This document shows, in pieces, positions 36,735 through 50,825 of a stretch of 64,000 bases of DNA. Each line of letters begins with the position of its first letter. The first letter of the stretch is position 1. The DNA lies in contig CAJFCJ010000027.1 in the NCBI GenBank assembly GCA_904063045.1, positions 372,001 through 436,000 on the forward strand, in the 5' to 3' direction. The DNA comes from Dimorphilus gyrociliatus. Taxonomy: Eukaryota > Animalia > Annelida. A program made the position numbers and the translations under genes. Below the pieces are notes generated by a model that searched no databases, was not told the origin of the DNA, and saw only the letters and a program-made list of their open reading frames with translations.

Positions 36735-39700
36735 TATTCTATAATGAGAGTATCAAAAAAATGTTCAAGTTTAATTAGGAATAATTTCACTTGTCTACCT
36801 TTTAGCAAGTTTGAAGTATTCAAGTACCTTTTAATTGTTGAATATAAGTATATGTGAAAAGACAGGAAGAGAGACATATAAACTGTATGTTTATATATAT
36901 ATATATATATATATAAAATATTTATACATCCGTTAAGAAGTCACTGTTTTTATTTTTTATCAATACTATTGGCGCCATCTAGGTTCATTTTTAGATTACT
37001 TTCACAATAAAAGTTCATTATACATGAAACCCACAAAGAAAGATACAACATTAAGTTATTTAAAAGTATTGGAATGTTTAAACTCATTTGAACGAATAAA
37101 AGACTCTTTGTTTTTGAAACTTTTGCTTTATATCTATACAAAAAAGAAAAACAAGTAAAGCCAGGTTTAGGTCATTAAAAGTTCATTCGTTAACATATGT
37201 ATTGATCAGACCTGTACTGTTTTCTCATCGTTTTCATTCTCTCTTTCTTTCTCTCTCTCTCTCTTTCTCTCTATGCATAAACAGTATATATATATACTCT
37301 CTCCTTGCTTACATTTTCCCTATCTAACTATCCCTAACCAGTTATTACTTTTTATCTCTATTTTAAGTACTTACTTTTCACTAGAAATTTTAATAATAAT
37401 CAGATAATCGATATTTATCTAACAACAAAATATGCTAGTTGAAAAGAAATCATAAAGTAAAAGAGTCTAAAGATAATAGCATATAAATAATTTGCTTTAA
37501 TATTAAATAAACAATTCTTTACACTCGTTGAAATATTGAACAAATTTCTTTTTTCTATTAATAGATAAAGTTGTACTTAATCATTCATTAAGTTGCGTAG
37601 TTCCTTCTCTTTAGGCTATATATAGTAGTATTCTTTCATTTGTCTATTATCTTTCCTTTGGTGTGTGTGTGTGTGTGTGAGTGAGTGTGTATCTCTTCCT
37701 TTTCCCCCCATCCCTCTCTCATCGCTCCCCCTTTCTGCATCTCTGTTTGTATACACTGTATACACATGTATAAATAATATAAATAAATACTTGCTCTACA
37801 CACAGTGTAGTCGTTATTTTATTTTATCTATCTAAATATTATGTTTTTTAATATCTGTTATTATTAGCATATACGTTTATAGAGTTAGTAAGAGAGAATG
37901 ACTTCTATTCGTATATTCGCAGTAGACGAGTATCTCGTAATTCCATCTGCTCTTATGTTCATGCACTCGTTACTTACCCCTCAATCTCTATCTCTATATT
38001 TAACTTTCGTTTTTACTAACTCAACATATTATATTTCATGTAAGGAATACGCCTTCAAATAGTTGAATTTTGACGAGTTGTGATTTTTACAAAGCTTTAA
38101 TTAATGATAATATTTAATTAACTAATAAAGTCTCTGAAGAAATTTGTTTGTCGTTAAGTTCTCATCGAAAAGATGAAAGAACTGAGAAAAACTCACATCA
38201 GGTTAAATAATTCCATTTCCTATTTCTTCAATTTGCTTGATAAAAATATTTACGCTTTGTTAGATTTATTAATAAAAAAACCTGCTAATTATACATAAAA
38301 TACAAATAACAAAGAATTGAAAAACAGAGAATTTGCCAGAAATAGACGATAATTTTTTGGGAGTGATACCATAATTCATATGTAAATCCTTTTGTCTCAT
38401 GTAAAGAAAAGATAATTATCATTCATCTACATCAATTAGTATAGCTTTTTAAAGTAAACCCTCCTTTAATTCTTACTAAATTTATCATACTCTAATTTTC
38501 TTTGTTCAGATTGGTTAGTATAATAGGTTTTCCTTTTTGTTAATTATCGATTTTTACTAATTTTCATCTCCTGCCACCTCTTTATTCTAGATATTTCACC
38601 TGGAAACAATAGAGTAGTGCATATTATTTCTCCAGTTCATTTTCTGATAGAATTATTGCCAATTTATTTGCAAGCAGTTTTCATGAATGAAATTGAGACA
38701 TGTATGAAGAAATGATCGCATAATAAAGCTTAATTATATTAAAACTCTAAATTCTTTTAATGAAAAAAGATAATAGATCTCTGAGAAAAGTGAAAATAAT
38801 AAATCTATTTCATATTTCTTATAGAAAGTGACAGAGAAAGCGTAAAGGGACATATTGGAATTTATTACTGTTATAAAATATATAGAATATAAATAATTCT
38901 ATTTTTCAATAAAATGATATTAAGTTTATTATAGAATAAATTAAATAATTAGGTTCTTTTCAATCTGAATACTATATGCAGTATTATTAATGTTTATACT
39001 GTTTATACATCTACGAAAACAACTCTTTTCAATCTAGCTATTCCATTGGTTTTTGTTGGAATTTTTTTTTATTCTTTGATTAGGTAAAACCTCAATAAAT
39101 ATTTAAATAAACCTAATTATGACAACAAATAGTAGTTTTATCAAGTTTTTCTTTGATTTTCTCTTCCATTCTTTCTACTTTTAATACTGTTAATGAACAA
39201 TGTAAACACTAAAACATATTCAACCTCTTTGCAATTCACATCAATAGACTAAAAATATAATTAATAAAAAGAATTAGGTTCATCATTTTTATTTAATTCA
39301 TATCATATGTAATAGAAACAATCTATTTATAGACGCAGCTGGCAAAAACAGAGGATTACTGAAGAGATATACTTCATATTTCTTTAAAACATTTAAAGGT
39401 AAAATACGTTTTCTATCCATGATATTCGAGTTGAAGAATGCCTCTTTCTTCCTTCTATCAAAAAGAGATGGATATCAAAAGTTTACAAATATTAACTTTA
39501 GGGGAACGAGCATGTAGAATTAAATTACAGTGGAGAGTTGGCTTTCAGTATATTATCAAACAATAGAAATAGATAATTTTGAGGAAATATTTTGCATTGT
39601 TTAATTATCTAGAATAGTATCTTTTACATAAATAGTAGACCATTAATGGCACAGAGATACCTTTTTACTCTTGAAGAAAATATTGGATAAACAAACGAAT

Positions 39701-40091
39701 TAATGAATCAATGAACGACTCATTGATTCGTTGAACGCAGGAGTAAAGAAAATAATGAATGAAGAAATCTTTTTACAATAACTTGGAATGCCGATTTGGA
39801 AATGAAAGCCTATAACATTGTCATTCCTTCATCAGTTTTTGAATTAATATTAAACTAATTATTTAAAGAATAAACATGTTTATTCGGTTGAAAAATCATC
39901 AATATTCATTATCTGTTTTATTCATTTGTTTCAAAAGACAATATATGAAATAAAGAGAAAGAAAATTTTACTTATAGAATCAATTTGAAGCATCTCACAT
40001 AGAGGAGATTATTGAATTATTCAAAAATTAAAGAAATTGCAATAAAGCTATTTTCTTTCTTTCATCTTTCTCCCTAGATATTTTTTTTTAA

Positions 40092-42701
40092 TCAAGTTAA
40101 ACGTATTAAAACTTTTCCAATACTTTTTCTATTTGCTAAATATTCGTATGCTTCATTTGCCTTAAATATAACAAGAATATTATAGAAATAATAACTCAAA
40201 CTAGTACAACTTACATTTTCAAGTTGAAATTGATCTGTATAAACTGGCGAAATTTTACCTTCCTCCATATATTTTAAAGTAGCATCTATCGACTCTTTAA
40301 AGAGTATTGGATTTTTAAAAGCATAGCCTCCCCAATAAATTCCTTTCACCGAACAAGACTTTAGTAATAATAAATTTGCAGGAACTTTTGGAATAGTTCC
40401 ACCAGCGTAACCTATGGTAACTAAGATTCCCTCAAAAGCTAAGCTAATAGAAGAAGAAAAAAACGAGTTATATTAACATGATAGCATAACGATTTGAAGA
40501 AAATTGTAAATTGTTTATTTTACCTTTTCAAGCAGTCGATAAATATATCGCCTCCTACCGAGTCGAGAGCGATATCAACACCTTTTCCTTCCGTAAGTTC
40601 CTTTACCTTGTCTCTGGTCGATAATGATTAAAAGTGTAAATGATTGATTGAAATTAATTCTTCCATTTGTTTTATTGAATTTTTTTCAGATTAATCTTTC
40701 TCTTTTTTCTTTAACAAACCTAATATTTTCATTTGTATAATTAACAACGTGTTTAGCACCCTTTTCTAGGACAATTTTTGCTTTAGCATCCGAACCAACA
40801 GCTCCTATAACCTGTTTTAATATACAGTATGTTAACATATATTTGTCTGATATTTTTATTGGTATTTGGGATAGAATAAAATAATAAGAGAATGCTCATA
40901 CGTTACATCCAAAGATATTAGCCGCTAAATCAACCAATGCTAAACCTACAGCACCTGCAGCAGCGCTAACAAACACAGTTTGTCTGTCATGAGGAGATAG
41001 AATATAATCAGATTTTTACATGTTATACGAGATTATTTACCCTTCTTGAATATTTGCCGTTCTCTTTAGAGCCAACCACGCTGTTCCATAGGATGTAAGC
41101 GAAGCTGCTCCATATTGCAGAGGAACACTTTTCGGAATTTTGAAGATTGTCTAAGAATAAAAAGTCGAAATTATTATATATGTTTTTATTTTATTTTCTA
41201 AAATAAGTAGTAAATCTTATAGTATTATACTTAACTCCTTTTGGCACACAGGCTTCTTCGGCGAGAGCGCACGGTTTAAGAGATATAGCTGCTACATGAT
41301 CTCCTACTTCAAAGTCCTCTTCACCTTTTGATACCTGAGTAATCTTTCCGCTAAATTCTGCCCCTAAAATACAATTGCAAGAGATATAAGATAAAAAATT
41401 TTTCAATACAAGAATACAATTAAAGACTAATTAAAAAATGAAAGGTAAAAGAAAAAAGAAAGATCTTCAATACCAGGAACAAAGGGCAATCGAGGTTTTT
41501 CCTGGTACTTTCCTTGAATTTGTAAAACATCACCAAAATTTACTGCAGCATAATGCACTCCGATTCTCACCTTTGAATGACAGAGATGCAATATGAAATA
41601 AAAATTAATACATATCTATATATATATATATATAAAATTTAGAACAAACACAAAATTAGATACGATATTTGATTTGATTGTTTCTTTGTCTAGCGTTTTT
41701 CATTTCTTTCAAAAAGAACAAAAAAATTATTCATGCAATACTCTTTCTAGCTTTCTTTTAGCTTGTTGTATGCTATTTATAGATAAGAAAACATACAGAG
41801 TCGTTAAAATGGATGTATGTCAAGATATATTGATTTACTTTTATTCCCATCTTTCTCGATAAAAAGAGAATCTACATCATAGAAAAAAAAACATAATAGA
41901 AGAGATGAGGAAGAAGAACAACAAGGATATTTTAACATTCTTTTAGGGGCGTAGTATTTATGAAACTATGTTTATTGTTTATTGTAATGTTGAGTTAGAC
42001 TAATTTTCAAATTTTTGCCTATCTTCTGAATACTTTCTGCTAAGATGCTTTTAAAGTAATCTTTGTCTTTCCTTTCATCTTGCCATGTCTTTAAAATTGT
42101 TCATTTTTGAGTTTTATGTAAATATTTACATATACAATATACATATAATAGAATAAATACAGTATATAAATTTATAGTCTATATACTTTATTATAATCCC
42201 ATGAACACTTCAAATGTGAGAGATATTTAAATATGTGTCAATTTAATCCACTCTCCAGTCTTCTATTAAACTAACAGCAATCTATATTTATTTCCTAGAT
42301 TGCTAAATTATTGAAGAATCTTAGAAACTTAATTAGTTACAGTATAAGACAACTCAATAAGGAAACTAATAGCTGAGGGATTACATAGCGATTTTGATTA
42401 GAAAAATGTGCTAGCATATGCTTTCTTTCTTAAGAGGAGGCTAGCCGTTTAAAAAGGAAAGATAAAAAAAATATGAAAATGCCTTTATTTAATCTTCAGT
42501 TACACTTTACCTTTAACTTATTTATCTGATTTTATAAAGAAAATCAATCAATAAATAAAAATATAAACAGAAAGTACAACCTCATGTTCCTCCATTGATG
42601 GTCTTGGTAAGGTCTTTATTTTTAAAGGTTTTCCTAATTCTTCGCAAACGGCGGCTTTTATTCCATCATTTCTCGAATTGGAACAAGTTGTTTGGCTAAG
42701 T
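40092..42701 (-). CDS. zeta-crystallin/quinone oxidoreductase-like (MDR family; QOR-like protein 2 type), 5' end incomplete
   Basis: Minus-strand exons 42701-42581, 41570-41474, 41363-41236, 41150-41041, 40983-40902, 40811-40720, 40613-40524, 40443-40215, 40160-40092, phase-consistent. Motifs VNFGDVLQIQGKYQEKPRLPFVPGAEFSG, SYGTAWLAL, VSAAAGAVG (NADPH binding), GVDIALDSVGG, IGYAGG, RKSIGKVLI. The ATG-bearing exon (must end in phase 2) was not found. Confidence 0.92.
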
Positions 42702-45700
42702 CTGTAGGTCGTAAATTAGATAACAAAAAAAGTTGAAAAATATAAACGACATCGAAAATATATGCTATATATAATTAAAACAGTTTTACTCTATATAAAC
42801 GTTGTTTTTATAGTAAACAAGCAAATATAAAATTCTATAATCATCAGCAGTTACACAATTGTATTGTATGCCTAGTGCATTTATAGTATAGAGTATATTC
42901 TATAGATTTTATTCTACTTTTAAAATTGACGAGCTAATTAAAAAAATGGTAAAAATAAGAAAATTCAACAGCTGAGTTAAAAGAGGAAAGGAAATACTCT
43001 ATTAATCAAGTGAAAAATTATTTTAAGCTTCGGAAGAAAGGAGCTTTTTACTTCCTTTTGCTTCTTGTTTTTCGAATTATCCCATATCATGAAAAAGGTA
43101 TATACATCATATGTACTGTATATAAATATAAAGTATATATATTATATATATAAAGCTTTTCTTCTAATACGTTTCTCCTACTCTTTAGGTATTGCTGGTT
43201 ATCGTATTAAAAATTAAAAGTGATTTTAATAAGCCAAAACTGTATTTCTGGGCATTAATGATATAGTATGTATATGTATTGTTAAGCAGCAAAGTTGTAT
43301 TTTTCTTACCGCTGTTAATACAGTTTTTAGCTTTTGAGAAGTAGGAAATAATTCATCAGAATCACGCTATGTGTTACTTTTTAAGTCACGAAAAAAAACA
43401 TCGTTTCTATAATCATGACAGCACGTTGACGTGATTGAACATTAGCGAAATGGTAAGGGATAGTCAGAGATTTTGTGATAATTATTGTTTTAGATTGAAT
43501 TTTTCTTTAATAATATTAAAAGAGCAACGACGAGATGAAAAGAGAAAATTCCTTTATAGAATTCGATAATAAACACCAATTCATTATGCTAAGGAAGAAT
43601 AGAGTAAATAACAGATATTTTGTATTCAAAAGACTATTCTAATGTAATAATATTTACAAAAGAAGAAGTTAAAACTGTCGGAACAGATTTATAGCCATGA
43701 AGCGAAGTTAATGTAACTAATCATAATGTCTAACAATAAGAATAACAGTAGTAACTACAAATAAGGAGGAAAAATTAGATAGTTGAAAAGTATAGATTAA
43801 GAAGAACAAATAAGACATATATATATATATATATATAAATAACAAAAAAATAACGAAGTAGAAATATGGACAATTACGATATTTGAAACAAAATTATTTT
43901 GTAAGCTAGTTAAGCAAACCGGTTTTTTTTTTTTGTTTTCTTTCTCTTTTATTATTGTTATATAAAAAAAATCTTTTTTGTTGTCTCTAAGCGTTTCTCT
44001 TTCGAGTGTAACAGCGAGAGAAAGAATGAAATAACGAAATGTTATTAGATCTTAACGATGACAAGAATTAGCGAAGAAATTTTAAGGCAGAGGGAAAAAG
44101 CATTTCTAAAAGCCTCCTATAAACATTTATATATTAATATATATATATATATATAGAGCATATATGCATGTATAACAGAATATTTTTAGACTTAGCGGTT
44201 TGTGAGGTTTTTAATCTACAGAGAGACTTTGTTTCCTAGATGTTTTACAGTATAAATACTCAACAATTTCTATATTCTCTAAACCACAAGGTATAGAAAA
44301 TGGAAAAGAAACAATTTTAATATATAATGATATACTTATAGTGTATATTATATATATATGTTGACTTTACAATTAACATGGGACATCTTTAGTCAATAGA
44401 TTATTTCATAATAATTAAATATCTACAATATTATCGGCTGCGCTTACAGATAAATATAGAATTGCTTGAATATTCTATATATTCTACTTAAACGATATTT
44501 AACGTTTATTGTAAATATTGAATTTGTACAGTTTTCTTTGAAGTCTCTAGCGATTTCTGCTGAAATAAATAAATAAATATTCGTACTTTACGTAGTTCCT
44601 CAACATTCTCTCTGGAGGGAAAGAGCTTTGTAAAAATTTCTTGATTCTTCCATTAAGTTGAGACATTCTAGGAAATGATGGAAAGTTCTCTTTATTCCTG
44701 CTAATTTGACTTTTACAATACTAGTCTTAATTCTAAATCTGAAAAATATTTGATCAACACGAGTTAGTGTATTAAAATAGGACTTTAAACAACATAATAC
44801 TTCAAGGCCTACATTTTAATACTAATTTCATATTGAAAAGAGAACGATAACAATTAGCTGCTACGCCCTAGTAAAAATTTTACCTTGACAAGAAAGTAGA
44901 AGTAACATATCTTGATGATTTTCTTTTTAAGGTAATAATTTTTTTTTATTAAAGCAAATTCATAAAGCTTCTAAAGAGATACACAGGTTTCCAGACTGAA
45001 AGTGTTCAACTTACTGTTAAGCAAAGAGCAAAAGAACAAGATAGACATTGATATCGACTTGAAAAATGTTACTTCATTGCAATACAAACTGCTTACTTCC
45101 TTTATAAAAATCTTTTCTTTTACTTGCTTTCCCATTCGTCTTCCAATGGGAAAAACAGCACGAAATGCCTCATAATGTCTTTCTTTGTTTTTACTTTTCC
45201 AAGTAATAACAACTAGGAGAAAAAGAGATATAGAATCCGTTTCCCCTAATATTAATATACTAGTAAGATGCTAGTATCTTACCATAGAATTTTTATTAGC
45301 ATTTTTACAGTTTTATAAACCACGGTGGGCAAGAGTGACAATTTTGTCGAGAAAGAAGAGACTCCAGGGTCGCGTATACTATTTAAATACAATACTTATG
45401 TTATATAATTACATAATTAAGATGTATTTGTCTATTTATCATTATGTTTGGAGGCAACATCTGTTTTTATATAAAAAAAGAGCACCTAAGTATGTATAAA
45501 TTATGTACAGTAAAGTAATATTATTGCTGTAACAAGTATGTTGTTAGAATATTAACTGTTTTGATATACAAGAGTATTTACTCTTTCATAAATGCTAATA
45601 GTTTGACTAGCCCTAAATTGCTTTTAATTATTGTTTTACAAGCTTTTAGCTGATAGACATAAACACTCCTAAATATTTCTTTAATCTATAAGTTTAAAAG

Positions 45701-46142
45701 AAAACTTTTAGGAGAGGATATTTCATAAGATATTTACAGGATATGCTTGATATATCATTTACAGATCATTTTCTCCTAGATACAGTTTATACTACTGTAC
45801 TATTATTTTGAGTCTGTTGTTAACGCCCTTGAATACCTATTTAATTATCTCTAATTAATTGTTAAAAAACTCATTCAACTTAGGTTTAGCCTTGGATAAT
45901 CATAAAGTTATTATTATTATTAGTAATTAATTTCTATATTTTATATACAAATTTAAGACACGAAAATCTGGTGTAAATGATGACTGTTGTTTTTGCACCT
46001 AACTAACACGTTTTCATTCAAATAAACGCTTCTTTTGTTAGTTAATTAACATATAACATGGTTTCAACATATAAATTTAATAGATATATAGAGTTTTTCC
46101 TCATTTGTCTAACCTAACTAATCCATATTTAAATAGCTTATA

Positions 46143-46180
<38 letters not shown>

Positions 46181-46302
46181 TATATTTATACCGTATCTGA
46201 TTTGTATATTGCTAGAATATTTTGGTTTTATTCTCCTTCTTATTATTTTTTAATAGAACAAAGCGAAATAAAAATAGCAAAGAGTAAAAGTACATGTTTT
46301 GT

Positions 46303-47992
46303 TCACATAAGACTTTCCATGGTTTCCCATGAATAAATATATTTGTCACCTTTATATCTCGCAACGAGAACTTGCCTTTTCTTTGTTTTTCTTCGTTTCA
46401 ATGAGAAATCTTGGCTCTTATTTAGGAAATCAGTCCTTTTTAAGCACGAAATATTTGAACATATATTATTTTTGAACATTTTAAGTATTGTTCGTCGAAA
46501 GACGGCGTTTACAGAAATATAGAGAATGAAGCTGCAGCTGTAGTTGATTGTTGTTAAAAAGTTTAAGAAAGCAGTTGTTAAATGATATCCATCCGCCGGT
46601 CCTGATATTTCTAGATAGAAATTGAATATTTCAGAGGGTGAAATTAGTGTAACGTTCATTATTATTAATATGATGAAAGTCACAGTAAGAATAACCGAGT
46701 TATCTTTTTGTTGCGTTTGCACATATCTTGAGGAGATTCTTGCGGCCTGCTTCCTAAATGCCATACTTTTCCTAACGGCTTTAATCAATTGTATGTTGAA
46801 AAATGCCAAAAGACCAATAGGTATAAAGAATCCGAAAATTGTCCATAAATAAATGAAAGGCAAACGAAAATTATGCTTTAATATAAAATCTCCTGCTTTA
46901 ACGTCTATTTCTTCCACGAGAACTTGATTTTTACAAACAATCTACAAGATTGAGCATAAAAGAAAATAAACGCATTGATTGATTCAACTCCTTTAAGAAT
47001 GCATTTGTTCCCCAAAGAGAAGTAAGATGATAGTTTGTCAAGCTAAGTAATATTGAACAATGGAGCAATTAAAAACTTTGAATGATAACATAATATTACT
47101 CAAGCATGATTAATCTATTCATTAATTTCTGACTAATAAGACATCATTTATGGAAATAAAACTTGTAAAAATAAATAGTTTCAAGAGTTGAAATAATTTA
47201 AAAGAAAGTACTTTTTTTCTTATTGAATTACACTTAAAACATGAATTTCTAGTGAATTTCAATGTAAAAATCTTTAAAAGTCTTTTTATTGAGTTATTCA
47301 AGTTAAAAAAGAGGAAAATCAATGAATATACTTTTGAATAAAGAATCTTGAACATTTTGTTCATATTAATTTTTGAATGAAAGTGACGAGAAATGGTTTT
47401 TAGATAAACATTTATCAATGCATTTTTTTTCATTTAGCACCTTTTTTTCATCCCTGACTGAATAAGTTACTGGAATTAGAAATATTGACCAAATAATTGG
47501 TATGCAAATCATTTGCAATTTAATTGAAATTCTAGACAATAGAAAGGAAGCTCTTAAGGGATGGCAAATTGCCAAATACCTTGTTCCTGCCACTACAACC
47601 GTTAGCCATGTTGAACTTTTTAGCCAAACTTCGTTGTAGTAAGGACCCAAGTAAGTTGACCAATAGAAGTAAAAATTTTTACTATGAAATGGATATTTTG
47701 GACCTTCCCATCTGAAAGCGGGTAGCGTACCTGCGCAGAATAACATATCGGCTATTGCTAAGCCGATTAATCCACAAATAGCTCTTCTCTCTAAACTTTC
47801 ACTCTGTGTCAATTTTAGACGTTTGGCAAGCATAAAGAGATTAAGACAATTTCCTAAAATACCAATCATTCCTGTTATTGGAATAACGTATGAATAGAGA
47901 ATTTCACCAGCAATTTGAGATTTAGTAGTTGTAACATTGAAGAGCGATGGAAAGGAAAAGTTAGTTTCAATTGTTGTATTACAGATTATCAT
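46303..47992 (-). CDS. rhodopsin-class peptide GPCR, FMRFamide/sex-peptide-receptor-like (396 aa)
   Basis: Exons 47992-47441 (donor aag|gtgcta) and 46941-46303 (acceptor cttgtag). Seven hydrophobic segments; GILGNCLN (TM1), LAIAD (TM2), TRYLAICHPL (TM3 end), FFIP..LL.FFN (TM5), NYSCSFILY (TM7). N-terminal NxT/NxS sites. Confidence 0.9.
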
Positions 47993-49480
47993 TTCAAGAT
48001 ATTTTTAGCTTATTTTCCTTTTTTTCTTTTGCAATGAACGCTAAACTACAAGGTATTCTGCTTCTATAAAAAATCTTCACTTAATTTTCTCAGTTTCCTC
48101 TATCAATTTTCTCTTTGCGAATGACTTGAAAAGGAAAAAAGAATTTTAGAATTTATTAATATTCATTAACAATATAAAATATCGTATATTTATATTAATA
48201 ACGATTATTTTCTGCTTGACAATTGAAAATTAATGTTAAAAAATTGTCAAGTAAAAAGCTAATTTTATCTCTTCAGGCTCTCAGTTGCGGAAAAGAAAAT
48301 TTCCTTTTAAATAGTACTTCCTATCCCACTCGCAAAACCAGCAGAAGCCTATACAACTAAACAATCTACTGATGGTTTTTCTTTAGCCAAATAGCTCTTA
48401 GTCTTTTCTCCAGCATGGACAAAAAACATGTAGATTTATCCATTTATTAAAGCTGATTTACTGATAATACTACTTAAACTAGCATTTATGCTTCCTACAA
48501 TGATTCAGAATAGCCTTAATAAAGAATTAATAATCAACAATGTACTAAAATCAAGGTATTTCTAATGGAATAATGTTTCGAAATGTATATTTATAATAAA
48601 ATAATAAATAGTAATTCTTGATAAATTATGTTGTTAATAGAAATATCATTAATAATTAAAGACGACTTTTCTTGGAAAGCAAAAAGAAACCAGCGCCATA
48701 GCTTTGTTTGTATAAGAAATATAGGGATATTAATGTTTGAATAGAATAACAATGTCTAATCTATTCATTATATATAACTCTTGTTCTACTTAATATAAAT
48801 TGCCATTATTTAATATACTACATATTCTTTTGAATAAAAATTGAATAATAACGTTCTGTTTAAAAATATTCCTCTAACAGTCTATCAAAATTTAATTGAG
48901 TTCATTTATATAAATTTAATATATCTAATTATATTCGGTCAACCTACTTTCTAATAAATTAATAACATGTTTAATGCATTTTTATTTTCTACCTTTCATA
49001 TTCTTTTATAAATTATACGCGTCTTTCGGTTTGTTATTCCATTGGTTTTGTTTTGCAATTCAATACATATTTTGTGCATTCAAGTTAAAATTGCTATAAG
49101 TTTGCAGCTGTATTATATCTATTTAATGTTTCATTTTTTATACTCTCTTGTTTATAGCTTGACAAACTTGTAGAGAAGATCTGCACAAACATTTATCCTA
49201 CAGCTGGCACAGAATGTCTTCTATACGTTTTATCTTTCATGATCTTCATAACTCTGCTTCTATTGCTAATAGTGAAAGAATCTAGAATAGTATTTGTACT
49301 AGAGTTAGTTTAGATTTGCGACGTCTTTAATGCCTATCCAAATAAATAATCAAAACGATATATACCTCTTAAACTTGCAGTGAACAATTTAGAGTAACGT
49401 TTCTAGTTGAATATCTCAGAGAACAATGAGGAAATATCATTCACTAGACGGCGCATAGAGTCACTTATTCGATTCTACAA

Positions 49481-49826
49481 AATAAGCTGATGGCAAGTTT
49501 TTAAGAAATTGAAAGAATACCTTGTTAGAGCAAAGAATGCTGCTAATTCAATATATTTATAATAAAACATCACATTTTTACACTTCTACAGTTTTTTTTG
49601 AATGTAGAAAATACACTTGGAACAGTTTCATCAGATATTGTATTAATACAATATAATAAGCTAATGGTAAGTTTTTAAGAAATTGAAATTACACCTTGTT
49701 AGAGAAAGAATGCTGCCAATTCAATATGTTTATAATAGAACATCACATTTTTACACTTCTACAATTTTGTTTAAATGGAGAAAATACACTTGGAATAGTT
49801 TCATCAGATATTGTATTAATACAGTA
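49481..49826. repeat. tandem duplication of a ~174-bp non-coding unit (2 copies)
   Basis: 49481-49654 and 49655-49826 share aataagct.atgg.aagtttttaagaaattgaaa...catcacatttttacacttctaca...tttcatcagatattgtattaataca, with scattered substitutions. Confidence 0.9.
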
Positions 49827-50349
49827 ATAGGAATAATACAGTAGTTTAATTTTAATTTATTAAATCTTATAACAGATCGTTGCTCCAATGAATTGATATC
49901 TGTACGTTTATTGCATCTTGTATATCAATTAATTAACGATTTTTTACACTTTGATAAGAGGAAAGATAAGGTTGTAGGAAAAAAAACTGGATAAATATCG
50001 GATTGAGAAAGAGAAAAGAAAAATGATAAAAACTCTTTCGGTGGTTAAGCTGATATTGTAGAATTTAGACAAGAAGAAAATGTTATTATAAGGAAAAGAG
50101 AGTGTAATTTTACAGAAAAAATTAAGACTCTACTTGAGATTTAGTATAAATAATTATCTTTAATAATTAAAAACGTATACCTTGAAGCTATTCTCTAGAA
50201 CAGTCAATAGCTATTGTTCTATAATTTAATAATCTAATGCTTCTATAACGAACAATCAGATTTCCTGTATTACACGCGGTGGGCTAACGATAAAATAGTT
50301 GTTTCTAAATAAATTCTTATCGGTTATTTTCTTTATTTAAGACTATTCA

Positions 50350-50825
50350 ACTAGGGCTGTTTCCACCAAACATTCAAGTAACAAGTTCACTTCCTCCACC
50401 TTCCTTAGACTAAACAATTGAAAAAGATAGAAAATAGTTTCTTATTTCACACCTAGATTTTTAACAGCCACTATATAAACAAAAGTGTTTTTCGTTTTCC
50501 TTGAATAACTGTACCTTAAAATTGTGCCAACCATTGTAAAAACCCGACACTTATCAGTTATTACTACAGATTTCCAGTCTATACTCTCTAAACTATTCAC
50601 TCAGAGTGTATTTCCGTTTTTCTAACAAAAGAGGACGTTGTTTGATATTGTAAAGTTCCCCTTCTCAATACTTTTCAAAGTTCTTTGTGAAGTCTTCTCC
50701 AATGTTTCTTTCTCGGTCAATTACTATCAATAATTTTGTCAGTGTAACCTTCTGCCTCATCTAACTAATCCCTCTTTTCATCTGTAATTTTGCATTCATC
50801 TACAATTTTCGTTGTCTTCCTCTAT
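50350..50825 (-). mobile_element. heavily decayed Tc1/mariner transposase fossil
   Basis: On the minus strand, in the expected order and across frameshifts and stops: GRQRKL (50820-50803), RPLLLEKRK, IDWKSVVITDKCRVF (about 50585-50540, equivalent to W..VIFTDE..F), KEGGGSELVT*MFG (about 50406-50365, equivalent to GGGSVMVWG.F). No TIRs recognised. Confidence 0.5.

Noticed and set aside
39705-39729. Perfect 10-bp hairpin (gaatcaatga-acgac-tcattgattc); a 7-bp one also at 27326-27347
   Set aside because: Too short for a pre-miRNA and expected by chance in AT-rich DNA.
49150-49290. KTFCASCRINVCAD on the minus strand, reminiscent of a piggyBac C-terminal Cys-rich domain
   Set aside because: Too short, flanked by stops, and no other piggyBac features such as TTAA ends or a DDD domain.
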